Below are positions 23,341 to 36,703 of a stretch of 64,000 nt of DNA, one piece after another (the first letter of the stretch is position 1; each line of letters opens with the position of its first letter). The stretch is from Octopus bimaculoides (lineage: Eukaryota): the NCBI RefSeq assembly GCF_001194135.2, contig NC_068985.1, positions 7,856,808 to 7,920,807 of the forward strand. Direction: 5' to 3'. The translations under genes were made by a program, and so were the position numbers. The notes under the pieces were generated by a model, which saw only the letters and a list, made by a program, of their open reading frames with translations, was not told where the DNA came from and did no database searches.

Positions 23341-24575
23341 GAACACTGGGTTCAATGTACTCAACTTATCCCCTCCCTCAACACTGCTGGCCTTGTGCCA
23401 AAATTTGAAGTCAGTTTATTCGTATATGATGGCTGTCATATATTTATTTATTTGTGGAAGATAGCAATCATTAAAAGAAAAAAAAGTTTTGTTTGGTGGT
23501 AATGGTAATTAGTGCAACTATTGCTATGAAAGACTTGTTCAAGGGTTTCTTACTCGGATCTGTATTTAGCTTGATATCAAATTGTTTTTCTTTCCTTCTC
23601 TTTGAAGTTATCTGTTGAATATTCAGTGCTTGTGTAAGGACTTTCTAATCGATCGTGCATTGCAACTCAAATTACCAGTTCACTGATACTTTACTACAGT
23701 ACTTGCATGTCAAAATAGTGTCATTGATTCAGTAGAATTTAGCTATGGTTTAGATCAGGCCTGGCCAATTCAAATTACATTGCGGGCCACTCTAATCACA
23801 GAAAGTTTTTGTGAGGACTGCTTGTATACTTTATGCACTAACAGTCAACTAAGCAAATTACAGAATCCAGAATATTTCATACCTTCCGTTTGTTGAAAAT
23901 TATAAATTTGTAGGCTATTGCTTTATAGCTACTTATGCATTTAAAATTTATTTTGAAATAAATGTTTTCCACAAACAATTTTATTTTGAAATTAAACAAT
24001 ACTTCAAGAAAGTATCAAGCGGGCCATAAGATAAAAGTCTGCAGGCAGCATGCGGCCCGCGTGCCTCATGTTGGCCAGCCTTGGTTTAGAGGATATTAGT
24101 TTTATGCTTTATCACCATTGTCTTTAACACTTTAGCATTTAAACCAGCCATATTCAGCCCAAATATTCTACTTATTTTATATTCAAACTAGATCCAGCCT
24201 CTTACACATACCCATTATGCCATTCTAAAAAATTATTATTACATCATTTTAAAACTGAGATAACGCATGACAAATTCAAAAGAATGTAAGTTTGACAGTA
24301 ACCTGAGGGGTTTAATGTTTTATCTTCCATGCTGGCTTATGCGAGAGGATCCAGTGTGTTGGTGGACAGAATTGTGTGCCAGTGTCTGCACTGACATGGT
24401 TTCTACTACTCAAAGCCCTTCTTAATGCCAAACACACAAGACTTTGAATCACAAGGCTTTGGTTGGTTTAGGAAGGCTATACTGAGAGACACTTGCCCAA
24501 GGTGCTACTCTGGGGACCAAAACCACAATTGATAAGCAAATTTCTTGACCACATAAGCACACACACACACACATA

Positions 24576-25302
24576 TTAGAGATGTATTACTCGAAGCTTT
24601 TGATGAAATAGAGGGAGATATAGCATTACATGATGTGGAAGACAACTGGAAGTTTCTACGGGACAACCTGTTGAGGGCCACTGACCAGATCTGTGGATAG
24701 TGCAAAATTCCCTCTCAGCCCAAGGTAACGTGGTGGTGGAACAATGTAGTTGACAGGGCCATTAGGGAAAAGAAACAGGCATGGAAAGACTGGAAGAATG
24801 GTGGTAGCAGGGAATTGTATTAGACTGCCAGAAGGGAAGCTAGGAGACAGGTTTATTTAGCCAGAGGGGAAGCAGATAAGAAAAAATTTGCCAATGTTCT
24901 GCATTGTGAGGACCAAAGACTTGAGGTATTTCATGTTTCAAGATAGTGCATGAGAGAGAATCGTGATGTCGTAGGAGAGAAATGTGTTCGCATGGATGAT
25001 GGCTCACTTGCATTTAATGAGGCTGGAAGAAGAGAGACTTGGAGATGCCACTATGAAAGGTTACTAAATGAAGAGAATGAATGGGAGAAAGAGAGTCTGC
25101 CGAATGTCAACCCAACAGAGGGACCAGCTATCCCAAGTGACAGTACCTTTGTAGATAAAACAATTAAGGGTATGAAGACAGGGAAAGCCTCCAGACTGTC
25201 AGGAATCACCGCAGAGATGCTTAAAATGTCTGGTGGTGTCGGCTATAGTCTAGTCACCCATATAGTCAACCAGGTGATACATGAAGGAGTCATACCCAAT
25301 CA
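24576..25302 (+). mobile_element. RTE-clade LINE internal fragment (linker between APE and RT), with stops
   Basis: NWKFLRDNLLRATDQICG*CK...TWWWNNVVDRAIREKKQAWKDWKNGG...RETWRCHYERLLNEENEW...MKTGKASRLSGITAEMLK. Confidence 0.9.
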
Positions 25303-28300
25303 AAGTGTGTGTGTGTGTATATATATATAATTCACATAGCACATATGTTATATGAACAATAATATTTTGAAAACAAAGGTGTTTAATATTTGATTTCATA
25401 TATATATATATATATTTCCGTGTGTGTGTGAGAGAGAGAGAGAAAGAGAGAGACAGACTAACTGATAAAGTGAATATCATTTATGATAAAAATTTGCAGT
25501 TTTGATTCAAATATCAGTCTTCACAGCAAAGCCTTTAAATGATGTCTCCTGCTATAGCATGTCACCCACTTTCACTCTTGTGGTTTTACTTTTCTTTCCC
25601 TCTTTTGTGACCACATACATACATAGACACACAACACACACACACATATACATTCACACACACACACACGCACACACACTCCAAAATTTGAAGGGGTAGA
25701 ACAGGTAAAATATAAGCTACATATGCTTCTTAACTACCTGAAGCTCATTATATTAGCTTATCGAAATTCTTTGTAACACTGATGTGATAAAAAGTGTATA
25801 AGCTTATGATGGTAATAAATTATTTCATTGTATACTCTCCACTTTTTGTTCTCTATCCTAACTGCCTATTGTTTGAAGCTTACAAACTTCCTACATTTGG
25901 ATCCCTGTTCATGTGTGTGTTTATATGGAATGAGAGAGAGAGAGAGAGAGAGAGACTACCTTCAGTTAATCCTGGAGCAAGCTCAGCTATAGCTATTACA
26001 AGTTTTTCTACATCTATATGTGCATAATGGATGCTCTGTTTTGTGGTTTTTATTGTCTTATGTAAATGTTAGTTTCAAAATCTTTACAGTTGTCTTTAAT
26101 TAGGTAATTGAAATGCACAAAGAAAACCGTTTGGCTAAAGAGAAAATTGCTTTGTTGCCAAATTAATGCATTTGTTATTGTTGCTCAAACTTTATTCTCT
26201 AAATGTTTGTTATTGTTAAGTAAACTATACAACTATTATTTAAAGAGAGAATGTTCCAATATAAAGTGTATTAGACACTTGATACAGGTGCTCCACTTTT
26301 GCTTTAGATTTCCTAATAATTTTTATTGACAAAATTGGTTGAACACCACAGCTTAGGATATGTTTGTGTTCTGGTTTTTTAAATAGACTTTGTCATTCAT
26401 CCCTTTGGAGTAGAGAAAATAAGTATTGGTAATGTGTAGGGTTTAGAAACAGTAGTGAAGGTGTGAAGCCTAATTTTGATAAGTGTGTGTGTGTGTATGT
26501 GTATGGCTCTTAGAGAATGGCAATTTGTCAGGAGTATGAATGAATAAATGATTATTGACAACATTTTATGGCAATAAAATTGATAATGAATTAGTTCTTC
26601 CACACAAGAGCAACTCCAGTCCAACAGGCTTCTGTACAGATTCCCATTATCCAAAGGCTTGGGTCAACTTGAAGCTATAGTAGTCGTTTACATAAAATAG
26701 CATACACTGGGATGAGGTCTTATGTTCAGGATGTGAACTTTCTAACTACTCAAGCATGTAATCTGCTAGCCATTTAGTTAAACCGAGTATAGTAAGGGAG
26801 GAGTAATGCCTTTAATCTTTGGCCCTACTCTAACTTGTGACTGCATTATTATCAGTATCCAACATAAACATATGTCAGGATCTGCAGGAAAGATGTATGC
26901 AGATAGGGAACTGGGGATCATTTTGAATGCTTGCAACGGAATGAACTTGAATAAACACTCTCTAGGCTTTGGTAGCAGTGTTTTAACCATTTAGCATTTA
27001 AACTGGCCATATCCAGCCAAAATATTTTACATGTTTTATGTTCAAACTGCCAGATCTAGTCACTCACATCAACCCTACAATATCATTCTAAATATTAGCA
27101 GTTACCTCATCAAAATCTCACAGCTACAAAATAATGTATGCTTAATTCAAAACTATGTGAATAAATAAGGATTACTTTGGACAGAATAATATGAATGCTA
27201 AAGGATTAATGTGAGTGGCAGGTTGGGACTGTTCATCCTACTATCTAAGGAGGCTGGCAATGCTCATTTTAAGCAAGAGATAGTGTAATTGATGTATGAT
27301 GAAGGTGACTGATATGACATTCTATATTATATCTATAAAAGGAGTAAAGTGAGTGATGATTGAACTGAGTGCTTCTTGTAGGTTACAAGAGTTTGCAAAC
27401 TCTTTGTTATCTTTGTGTAACCCTTGGTCATTCCTCATCAAGCCATCCTATGACCAAAGCTATGATCACTCCGACTTCATAAAGTACAGTGCACATAGAG
27501 CCACAGTGTCCTGGAATGCATTATAAAAGGACTAGTTGTCAATTCTAGCAAGTTGAGCATTCCGGGGTTCTCCTTTGTTTTTGCATTGTCTAAGCTGACC
27601 TAACTAATGGACAATTTGTCTTGCCTGCATTGCACTGGGCCTTAAGAAAACCTCTCAATGCTTGGGGATTTATATTGCATCCATTTTTTGCTTGTAAAAA
27701 AACAAAAGATAACACTAAATATTTCAATATATTCCTATATTCATGCTGAGAAAACTTGACTGTTGTGTACAGTAGCCCACTATTTTGACACAAGGATGGT
27801 TGATCTAAATGAGTAGTCCCTTCCCCATAAATGTCAGGCCTTGTGCCTACGACCGAAAGGATTATTAAGACAAGAAAAGATAGCATGAGACTCCTACATT
27901 TCTCAAGTGAATGAACATACTCTCTTAATCATTTTGTTATTTTGGAATCATGTTGGTACTTAAGACCAAATTAACTTTGTTTTGATGAAAAAAAAATTAG
28001 AGGAATAAACAATTATAAAGAGATATTGATTTCTAAATTAGGCAGAAAGCCCTCACATTTTATGGGGTACATCTGTTTATATTGACCTGGATACTTGACT
28101 GGTACTTACTTATTGGCCTCTGAAGTATGATGGCCAAAACCAACCTTTGATAGGAATTTAATTTAGAATGCAAAACATTTTGTTGGATGCACTACTGATT
28201 CTGTAATATCATTTGGCAAGTAATAAACTTAGACTTTCAATAGTTAAATACTAGAAAGGAATAGATGCTGTCTCATGGTCCTTCCAAACTTTACACAAAA

Positions 28301-28838
28301 TCACTTAAAGGAGAACACACTGGGTCTCATCCATTAATATCTTTTTATCAGCTGCTTCAATCTTTATAACAGCTAATAGAAACAAAGGTTAGAAGCAATT
28401 TAAAAACAATGTATACATAATGGAAAATTAAATTGTGATATTGAAATACCTGAAAGAAAATAAGTTACATTTATACTTGAAGGTATGAAACAATTGAAGT
28501 TTAATTTGGAATGATATGCAAAATGAATTTGTCATGTTTGTCTTTTTGAAACAAGATGCAAATAAAAGAAAATAAAATTAGCCTGGCAATTGTATAGAAC
28601 CATATAAAATACATTCAGATTACTCTTACCAAATGTAATGCTTATCCCTTCATATTATTATGAATTACTCATTGTCTATTAGGTTTGAGATTTCAATGAT
28701 CTGACTCTTTAATTTCGGAATGACATTTAGGAATGTAGTTGTTCTATAAGTTATTCTTTGCCTTTATATGGTTGATTATCTTTTATTAAATTTCTAGTAA
28801 TTTATATTATTTTCTGTTTTTATTTTTTACTGTTTCAG

Positions 28839-28987
28839 TTAACTTATCACTTGGCTAAGGTATTGACGGAATCATTTTACATCTGCAACTTATGAAATCA
28901 CTTTAACTATGGTTACCCAGTTTGCTCAGACTTTTTTCCCAACTGGCTGGAGTCCACATTGCCCATCTTGACTAATTTCATTGCGAG
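28839..28987 (+). other. Putative non-coding leader exon (149 nt) containing two uORFs
   Basis: Very strong acceptor tttctgtttttattttttactgtttcag| (28838) and donor GAG|GTAAAG (28987/8). uORFs MKSL* (28892-28906) and MVTQFAQTFFPTGWSPHCPS* (28909-28971). Confidence 0.6.
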
Positions 28988-29989
28988 GTAAAGTCAACTT
29001 TTACAACTTGAGTGCGTATTTCATGCATGTTGATTGATTCTCATTTCAGGAGGGATGCGATACAGGGTTAGATCAAATAGCAGAGGAAAGGGGTGGGGGT
29101 GTACAACAGAAAGAAAAGTATTTGGAGTGGTAAGTGCTCTTGATTTTGTTGACAGTGGAGACATAGAATTAAAATGATACAAGTTTGCAGAGATGTAAGA
29201 GTTACTTGATGTTGAGATTTAAATAGATATGTAAAATGGTGATAATTATGAAAAATCAGGCATGTTAACTAATTGTCACTGAGATGTTGATAGCATTACA
29301 GTTGCTTACTCTAATATTGATAAAATATTTTTAAAAATCAGCTTTGTATGGTTGTGAGATTTTGCTTAGCTAACCTCTCAAACACTATATGGGTTTTATG
29401 AGCGATGGTGAGATTGAGATGAGCAAGCTCAACCAGAATCCAAATCATCTCAGAAGCCTGAATAGACTTTCAGGTAATTGTTTTTTAACCCCAGGCCAGC
29501 CTTGACTGAGCAGAGCTTTAATCACAAACATTCCAACCATGTCCATCTTGTTTTAATGTTATATGTGATTAAAAGGTATTACTGATTGATCCACCATGGT
29601 TTCTTTGTTGATTCATTGGTAATTTTCCTTTTTTTTCCTTTCTTTTTTTTTGATAAATCTCAGATCAGTCCTGATAGATTAAATATATGATCAGAAACAT
29701 TCCAGCTATGAGTATCTCTTTTTTTCCATTTATTTTTCCAGACACAGAGTATCTTGGACTGTATTATTTCATGTATTCTCCTTGGATGTAATTGGAGTGG
29801 ATTTACTTTTTTTCTTAGGCTCTTTTATCTCCTAGAATGTAGGAGTTAAATGACCAATGATTCACAAAGTTGGCATCTCCAATATCACGATTGCTCTATA
29901 GTTGAGGATCTCACTGAGATGCAGAGTTTATCACATGGATTGAGTTTAAGCACATTGTGCTTCTCTTCCAAATATGAATTTTTTCAGAG

Positions 29990-30820
29990 AAGTAGGATTT
30001 GAATAGTAAAACTGTATTGGAATATGTACTGATAGTGCAGTAGCCATGACAAGGTAGAAAATAGAAATTTAAGCCAGTCATATCTAGAAGCAAATATCCC
30101 ACTACTTTCACTGAGTGCATGATTCATTGCAAGGTAATAGTGTCTAAAACAATGTCTGTGGGGCCGAATGCAGTGTTACAAGCTGCAGTTAAAACTTACT
30201 TTACTAAATGTCATGCATTGAATAGGTGCCTCTTCACAAATCTCTGTAATGAAATAGAATCCAATTTTAGCAAATTTTTATTGAGAACAGAAGTGCAGTG
30301 ACTCTCAAATGGAGGAGCTTTGAAACTGCTGTCAGGACAAAATGGATATTTGCTTATCACAAAGAAGAATGATTGTGCAAATGATGCTCTTTGTCTGATG
30401 TGTTTTTAGAAAACTTGATCTTAATATATCTGTATATGGAGAGACAACCAATATTTCCAGAAAATGATGAATTAGAAATATTCTCATACAAATGATTTTA
30501 TTTTTGGAGATTGAATTTTGATTTGGTTAAGCAAATAATAGTTGATCATCAGGAGAATCTAGAAAATAATTTCCAGAAATATTTCATGTTACATTCAGAT
30601 AATAACTAATTGGATTGGATCCAGAATGTATTTGCAGTTGATATCTCAGGAAGGATATACAAAACCTTCCAGTAATTCAACTTTAAAGCTTGAATCTTTT
30701 CTGTGAAAATCATAAATGCTTTTCGACTTGGTCTTTGTGCTGAATATCCAGTTTTGCCCAAATTAGTGATGGAACCTCTTCTAAATACTAAATCAATAGT
30801 TTTGGTGTTGACTGGCAATT
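29990..30820 (+). mobile_element. hAT Buster/Charlie (ZBED5/ZBED8-like) transposase remnant
   Basis: CIGICTDSAVAMT; CMIHCKVIVSK...VLQAAVKT...HALNRCLFTNLCNEIES...LLRTEVQ*LS; NFQKYF...WIQNVF; EYPVLPKLVMEPLL. Confidence 0.85.
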
Positions 30821-30841
30821 AACCCATCCGTCAACAAAAAA

Positions 30842-31403
30842 NNNNNNNNNNNNNNNNNNNNNNNNNNNNNNNNNNNNNNNNNNNNNNNNNNNNNNNNNNN
30901 NNNNNNNNNNNNNNNNNNNNNNNNNNNNNNNNNNNNNNNNNNNNNNNNNNNNNNNNNNNNNNNNNNNNNNNNNNNNNNNNNNNNNNNNNNNNNNNNNNNN
31001 NNNNNNNNNNNNNNNNNNNNNNNNNNNNNNNNNNNNNNNNNNNNNNNNNNNNNNNNNNNNNNNNNNNNNNNNNNNNNNNNNNNNNNNNNNNNNNNNNNNN
31101 NNNNNNNNNNNNNNNNNNNNNNNNNNNNNNNNNNNNNNNNNNNNNNNNNNNNNNNNNNNNNNNNNNNNNNNNNNNNNNNNNNNNNNNNNNNNNNNNNNNN
31201 NNNNNNNNNNNNNNNNNNNNNNNNNNNNNNNNNNNNNNNNNNNNNNNNNNNNNNNNNNNNNNNNNNNNNNNNNNNNNNNNNNNNNNNNNNNNNNNNNNNN
31301 NNNNNNNNNNNNNNNNNNNNNNNNNNNNNNNNNNNNNNNNNNNNNNNNNNNNNNNNNNNNNNNNNNNNNNNNNNNNNNNNNNNNNNNNNNNNNNNNNNNN
31401 NNN
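30842..31403. other. Assembly gap (N run)
   Basis: Run of n. Confidence 1.
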
Positions 31404-31746
31404 AACAACCTAGAATTTAGTTCCCCTGTAAGGATAGATAATATGTAAAGACTTTTTCTTAAAAAGAAAGAAAAAAGTTGCTTCATAGTTGGTGTTTCAT
31501 CTGAAGAAAAACTTTATTAGCAGTTTTCTGAAGTAAATGTTTGTGTGTCTGGTCTTTTGTAGCAAAAATCGACTAATGTCTAATGTCGATTTTATCAAAA
31601 ATGCACAAAATCCTTTAAGCAGAGGAGAACCTGAATTTCTTTTGCTGAGCAGGGGTCGAGAGGTCATTACAAATTTCTTTTTGGTTAAAAAAAAAAAAAA
31701 GGAAAAATTGGTTGTGAATCAGAATGTTTGAAAAAGCTTACCTTAA

Positions 31747-31951
31747 CCCTTTAGCATTCAGCTTACTCTGTCAAATATAATGCTTATTTATTTGTATTGT
31801 TTTGAATTAATCATGCATTATCTCATGGTTTTGTGATTTCAATTATTGTTTATTTTTAGAATGGTTTGTAGAGTAGGTGTGAGAAGCTGGATCTGGCCAG
31901 TTTTAACTCAGAACATTTGAGCTGGATCTGGCTGGTTCAAATGCCAAAGGG
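31747..31951. mobile_element. piggyBac-type MITE (TTAA TSD, CCCTTTAGCATT TIR)
   Basis: TTAA|CCCTTTAGCATT...AATGCCAAAGGG|TTAA. Degenerate relatives at about 24125-24310, 26990-27205, 28600-28740, 39380-39490, 51555-51665 and 57790-57900. Confidence 0.85.
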
Positions 31952-32519
31952 TTAAATTGATTAGTGTTAGCCTTTATATTCTGAGGTGATATCCTGCTGG
32001 TGTGAACTGTACTTTAATTTTCATTTTGTATGGGGTTGTTTAAATCTATTTTGTTTGCAGAAATCTGACTGTATTTTGCCAAAATAAAAAAGAAATGGTA
32101 CTGTTGGTTCATCAGTGTTGTTTAGCAGAAATAGATGCATGGGTAACGGAACCTGCATCTAGTTTAGATTCCTTATTGTTGGCATTTTTCTTCAGTTAAC
32201 TAAGTAATGTCCTTTAGAGAGGCACGAATGTTACTAAATCTTATTTTCCCCTCCATGTTCAAATAGTAGGAGTGACTGAAGAGATAAATTCTTAAATTAC
32301 TCAGTTGAAGAGTCATGGTTTCATATTACACTGTTGTCCTTGGCATGTGTCCCTAAATGAAATAATTGTTTCAGTTGGATTGCAATAATTTTATTCTCAT
32401 ATGAATACGGAGGTGCAAAAATAAAATGCACTGGGGTGTGGGGAAAGAGGGTAGTCTTTAATTTTTACTACACAGTGTGAGTGTATATGTATCTATGTCT
32501 AGTGTTCATTAATCCATAG

Positions 32520-32700
32520 TTGTCAGTGCCATGTAAAAGCACTCTGCACCACTGTAAAGTGGTTGGCTTTAAGAAGGGCATCCAGCCATAGAAGCCATGC
32601 TAAGTCAGACTGGTGTCTGGTGCAGCTTCCCAGCTCCCCAGCTTTGGTCAAACAATCCAACCCATGCCAGCATGGACAACGGACATTAAATGATGATGAT
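32520..32700 (+). mobile_element. RTE-associated SINE-like repeat
   Basis: aagggcatccagccatagaagccatgc...aacccatgccagcatggacaacggacattaaatgatgatgat. Confidence 0.8.
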
Positions 32701-33574
32701 TTAATAGAAATAATTTTTCTTTTTCAAAAGCTTAAACTATTTTTCTCTTATTCCCAGTCAATTATGTGCTTCACCTCTTACCTCTCCTCTCTGCCTTGCA
32801 TCTGTTTCAATACCAGTGGCAAGATACAAAAGACTTTAGCCAAACAACCTCTTAACTTTGACGCCAATGCCATCTCCATCCATTAACCCATTGATTACCA
32901 ACTTCTTTTCTTCAATAACAAGATTAAGATTATCTGATATCTTTTTTTGTTTCGCTTGTAATCTCTTGTTGTGAATATTGATCATGTAACTACTAACAAT
33001 TGGACATTATAGAGTTTGAATAGGCTGGCAAATTTGTTGAATAATTCATTTGATTATGTCCATGTGTTAATTTTACTTACTTTATTAATTATCTAATTGT
33101 ATAGATTGTCTAGTTGTTTTTCCAGTTATAAACTGCAAGCTTGTAAAACAGTCTTGGCTGCAATATAGAGTGCTGGTGTCCTCATCTCCCTCCTAGAGGC
33201 ATGCACATTGCCAGGTAGTTACAGTTATTGTTAGCTCGAAAATGACCAATGTTATTCTTGTATCCTATTTGTTGTGTTGTATTGTGACCATCTCTTAAAA
33301 GTATTGTGGCCACATTTTTTGAGGTAAGCAGTTACGAAGATTAGTGATGTACAGGAAGGAGAAAAATGCAGTTTGGGAATCACTTCGTTGATCTAGGACT
33401 TGAGCTTCTGGTACAAGATTTTGTGATGGAGAAAATCTGACAAATAATTCATGGCATGGATTTGGAGAAGTGCATATTAACATGAAAATTTGATTCTTGA
33501 ATTACTGCATTGGTGTGTGTGTGTGTGTGTGTGTGTGTCTATATATGTGTGTGTGTGTGTGTGTGTGTATCTTA

Positions 33575-33935
33575 TCTCTTTTACTTGTTTGTCATTAGAC
33601 TGGCCATGCTGGGGCATCACTTCAAATTTTTAGTCAAATGAATTTACCCCAGGATTTCTTTATTTTTATAAGCCTGGTACTTGTTCTATCGGTCTCTTTG
33701 TCAAACCGTTAAGTTATGGAGACATAAGCATATCAACACTGGTTGTCTTGCAGTGGTGTGGGATATCCCCCCCTCTCTCACACACACGCACACACACACA
33801 TGATAGGCTTTTTTCAGTTTCCATCTACCGAATTTACTCACAAAGCTTTGGTTAGTCTGAGGCTATATTAGAAGACATTGTCCCAAGGTGCCACGCGGTG
33901 GGACTGAACCTGGAACCGGAAAGCAAACTTCTTAA
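33575..33935 (-). mobile_element. tRNA-derived SINE
   Basis: ttttacttgtttgtcattagactggccatgctgggg...gaagacattgtcccaaggtgccacgcggtgggactgaacc. Confidence 0.85.
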
Positions 33936-34188
33936 CACACATACACACAATATTTTAGAGCTTTGTTATTACAGGTTTTTCTCTTTTCCGTGCTGTTTTC
34001 CCATATTGTTGACGTAATATTTTCTGTTGTGCAATTTAAATTCAGTATGTTTTATCAATTGAATCATGATTGTATGTACTCAGAAAATGTATTTGTAGTG
34101 TAAGCAGTCATATTAATTCATGGCTATTTAAAGCAGCTGAGACATTCTCCTCCCTTTCCTCATCATTGTTTTAATTTAAAAAAAAAAA

Positions 34189-34786
34189 GGATCTTTTTTA
34201 AAACAGGGGCCACATTTTTCATTAATGAAACACTTTGAAACTTGGAACACTGGTAGAATGTGTCATATAAAACATCTTTTTCTCTTAGTCTTCTTAAAAA
34301 ACCCCAGAAATCCCTAAGTTATTCCATGCTAAAGTTGTCGTATTTCTGTAATTTCAACCAATCACTGACGTCCATTCAGCCGATATACATTAAGTGCCGA
34401 CTACATAAACAAACGATTCTGAAACAATTCTATCGGTGATAGGGTTAGGGTTAGGGTTAAACAGAAAATTTTAAAAGAAAAAAGCAAATAAAACGAAAAA
34501 AAAAAAAAAATGAAAAAAGCAAATTTAAAATGAAAAAAGCAAATAAAACGAAGCTATGGCTTAATCAGCCAAAGGAGTAAATGTAAACAACTGAATACTT
34601 GTCAGTAATTGGTTGAAATTATCGAAATAAGACAATTTTTTTACATGAAATAAATTCGAATACAAAAATATTTTTCTGTTCTATAACACAAAATAGATAA
34701 GTATACGAAGTTTGAAAGTCTTTCGGTACCAAAAACACTACGTAAAACATTAATGAAAAATGTGGCCCCCGTTTTAAAAAAGATCC
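34189..34786 (-). mobile_element. GGATC-TIR foldback MITE, copy 2 (inverted relative to copy 1, internally deleted)
   Basis: Both TIRs present; sequence is the reverse complement of 11618-12328. Only one telomeric arm remains (agggttagggttagggtt, 34441-58). No clear TSD. Confidence 0.9.
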
Positions 34787-35001
34787 CCAAAATTTTTTTT
34801 ATTCATGCTGATATGAATTTAGAAAGTAACAGGAGCTATGAACTGTCTATTGAGTTAATGGACTTCATTTCATAAATGCATTTCCTGCTAACTATTCCTC
34901 CACATTTCAGCTTCTGGTGCTCTGTCAACCTACCAGAGATCCCACTGCATGTTTTAAATCCTTCCTTGCTTTCACCGAATGCAATGTCAAGTTTGTAACT
35001 C

Positions 35002-35168
35002 CAGCAATCCCTAGATTATCGTGGGTGTTAGGTTCCAAAACCCCCTGCAGTAGGTGAAAATTATTTTTATAATTTGACTATATTTATTTTATTATAAATG
35101 CAAAACAACCCCATGGAGGAATCAACGTAAGCTTAAATAATAAACCGCAATATGGTGAGGTATTACTG
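35002..35168. mobile_element. Tigger-like MITE, short deletion derivative
   Basis: CAGCAATCCCT...GTATTACTG|TA; termini match 36214-36703. Confidence 0.7.
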
Positions 35169-35367
35169 TATTCCTTAAATATTTATCCTAGCCACTTACC
35201 AAATAACACTTGGATTTTACATTCTCTTTTATTTAAAGCTTTCATATTGGTGTATATGCTTGTAGGTTTGGAACATTTCTAAAAATACAATTCTATATTT
35301 TTGAGATGAGGAATTAATGTACATTATTTACAGTGGACAGATAGGTGTCCTCACCTTGTTTGTTGTT

Positions 35368-35413
35368 ACCACTACGTTTCGGCTGATGTACTCTCCAGCC
35401 TCTATCAGGTGTT
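35368..35413 (-). ncRNA. Minimal Penelope-type hammerhead-like motif with an altered core
   Basis: Minus strand AACAC-CTGATAGA-GGCTG(gagagtacat)CAGCC-GAAAC-GTA-GTGGT: perfect 5-bp stem II, loopless stem III (dimer type), GUA triplet, partial stem I. Core reads CUGAUAGA rather than CUGAUGA(A). Confidence 0.6.
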
Positions 35414-35554
35414 CTAGTGGAATTTTGAACCCAACCCTTCAACATACTCTACCACATCTTCTATGTATAAAAGTTATCCCAAACAAAGAATCCTAAACTC
35501 TTGTTACAGCATTAAAGGAATATTTATTAATAGAAAGCTAGGATAGAGCATTTA

Positions 35555-35880
35555 TGGACACTTCCTCCAGGAGAATTGTGCCTGGCTCCAAATGTCTGTT
35601 TTGGCATGGTTTTTATGGCTGGATGCCCTTCCTAACACTAACCCTAACACTAACCAGAGTGTACAGGATGCTTTATAAGCAGCACCAGCACAGGTGCTTT
35701 TTATGTAGTGCCAGTATGGGTGCTCTTTATGTGGCACCAGCATGGGTATTTTTATGTGGTGTCAGCTTGGGTGCTTTTTTTTTACATGGTGCCAACATGA
35801 GTACGTTTTACATGGCATCAGAACCAGTGCTTTTTATGTGGCACCAACACAGGTGCTTTTTGCATGGCACCAGCTTACAT
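35555..35880 (-). mobile_element. RTE-associated SINE-like repeat followed by about 8 tandem units of about 26 bp (GCTTTTTATGTGGCACCAGCACAGGT-like)
   Basis: ggctggatgcccttcctaacac..., then repeated tttt(t)atgtggcaccagca-gggt units at 35670-35875. Confidence 0.8.
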
Positions 35881-36084
35881 GTTTTCTAAATTTCCATCTA
35901 TATTTTTGGTTCATCCTAACCTTTCCCTTGAATGTGGTTTATAACAATCTCGTGAGCCATTAATCAAATTTTTTTTTTGGCACCCACAAAACCACAGAGC
36001 CAGAAAAATACTAAGAAAGTAAATGGCTTTCTCCCGATCAACAAACAGAAGACAAGATTGTCCTTAGCTATGAACTTTATTGTC

Positions 36085-36132
<48 letters not shown>

Positions 36133-36213
36133 CAAACTGAAACTATCGTGTTCAGATTAACTGCGTTCTGAATTATTTTCATGAAAAATGTCTATCAACT
36201 ACTCATGGCTATA

Positions 36214-36703
36214 CAGTAATCCCTCAACTATCATGAGTGTTACATTCCCAAACCCACCACGATAGGTGAAAATCCGCAAAGTAAAAACAGTACTGTACTA
36301 CATATTTTAAAAAATTATTTATATAGTTTGTATATGTTTATTTTATTATAAATGCGAAACACCACACTACACACTCACCTCCCGAGTTTCATTTTCCCAA
36401 TAGTATGTGTGATTCGTTGTTTACTCATCTATGGTACACTACGTATTTTCTTTTAATATATTTTAATTAATGCGTTATACAGTGCAGTACTGTACTGTAT
36501 TTTTATTTATTGATTTTTAGGCGTGAAAATGCTTATTTTACCACAGAAATAATTAAAATATAAAAAAATATAAATACCTATCGGCCGCAAAAACCCGTGA
36601 TATACTGAGGAGTCCTCGATATAAATTTACATATATTAGTCAGAAAAATCTGTGATGTACTGAGGGCATGATAGGTGAACTGCGATATGGCAAGTGATTA
36701 CGG
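36214..36703. mobile_element. Tigger-like MITE (about 490 bp, TA TSD)
   Basis: TA|CAGTAATCCCTC...GTGATTACGG|TA, imperfect TIRs. Confidence 0.8.
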
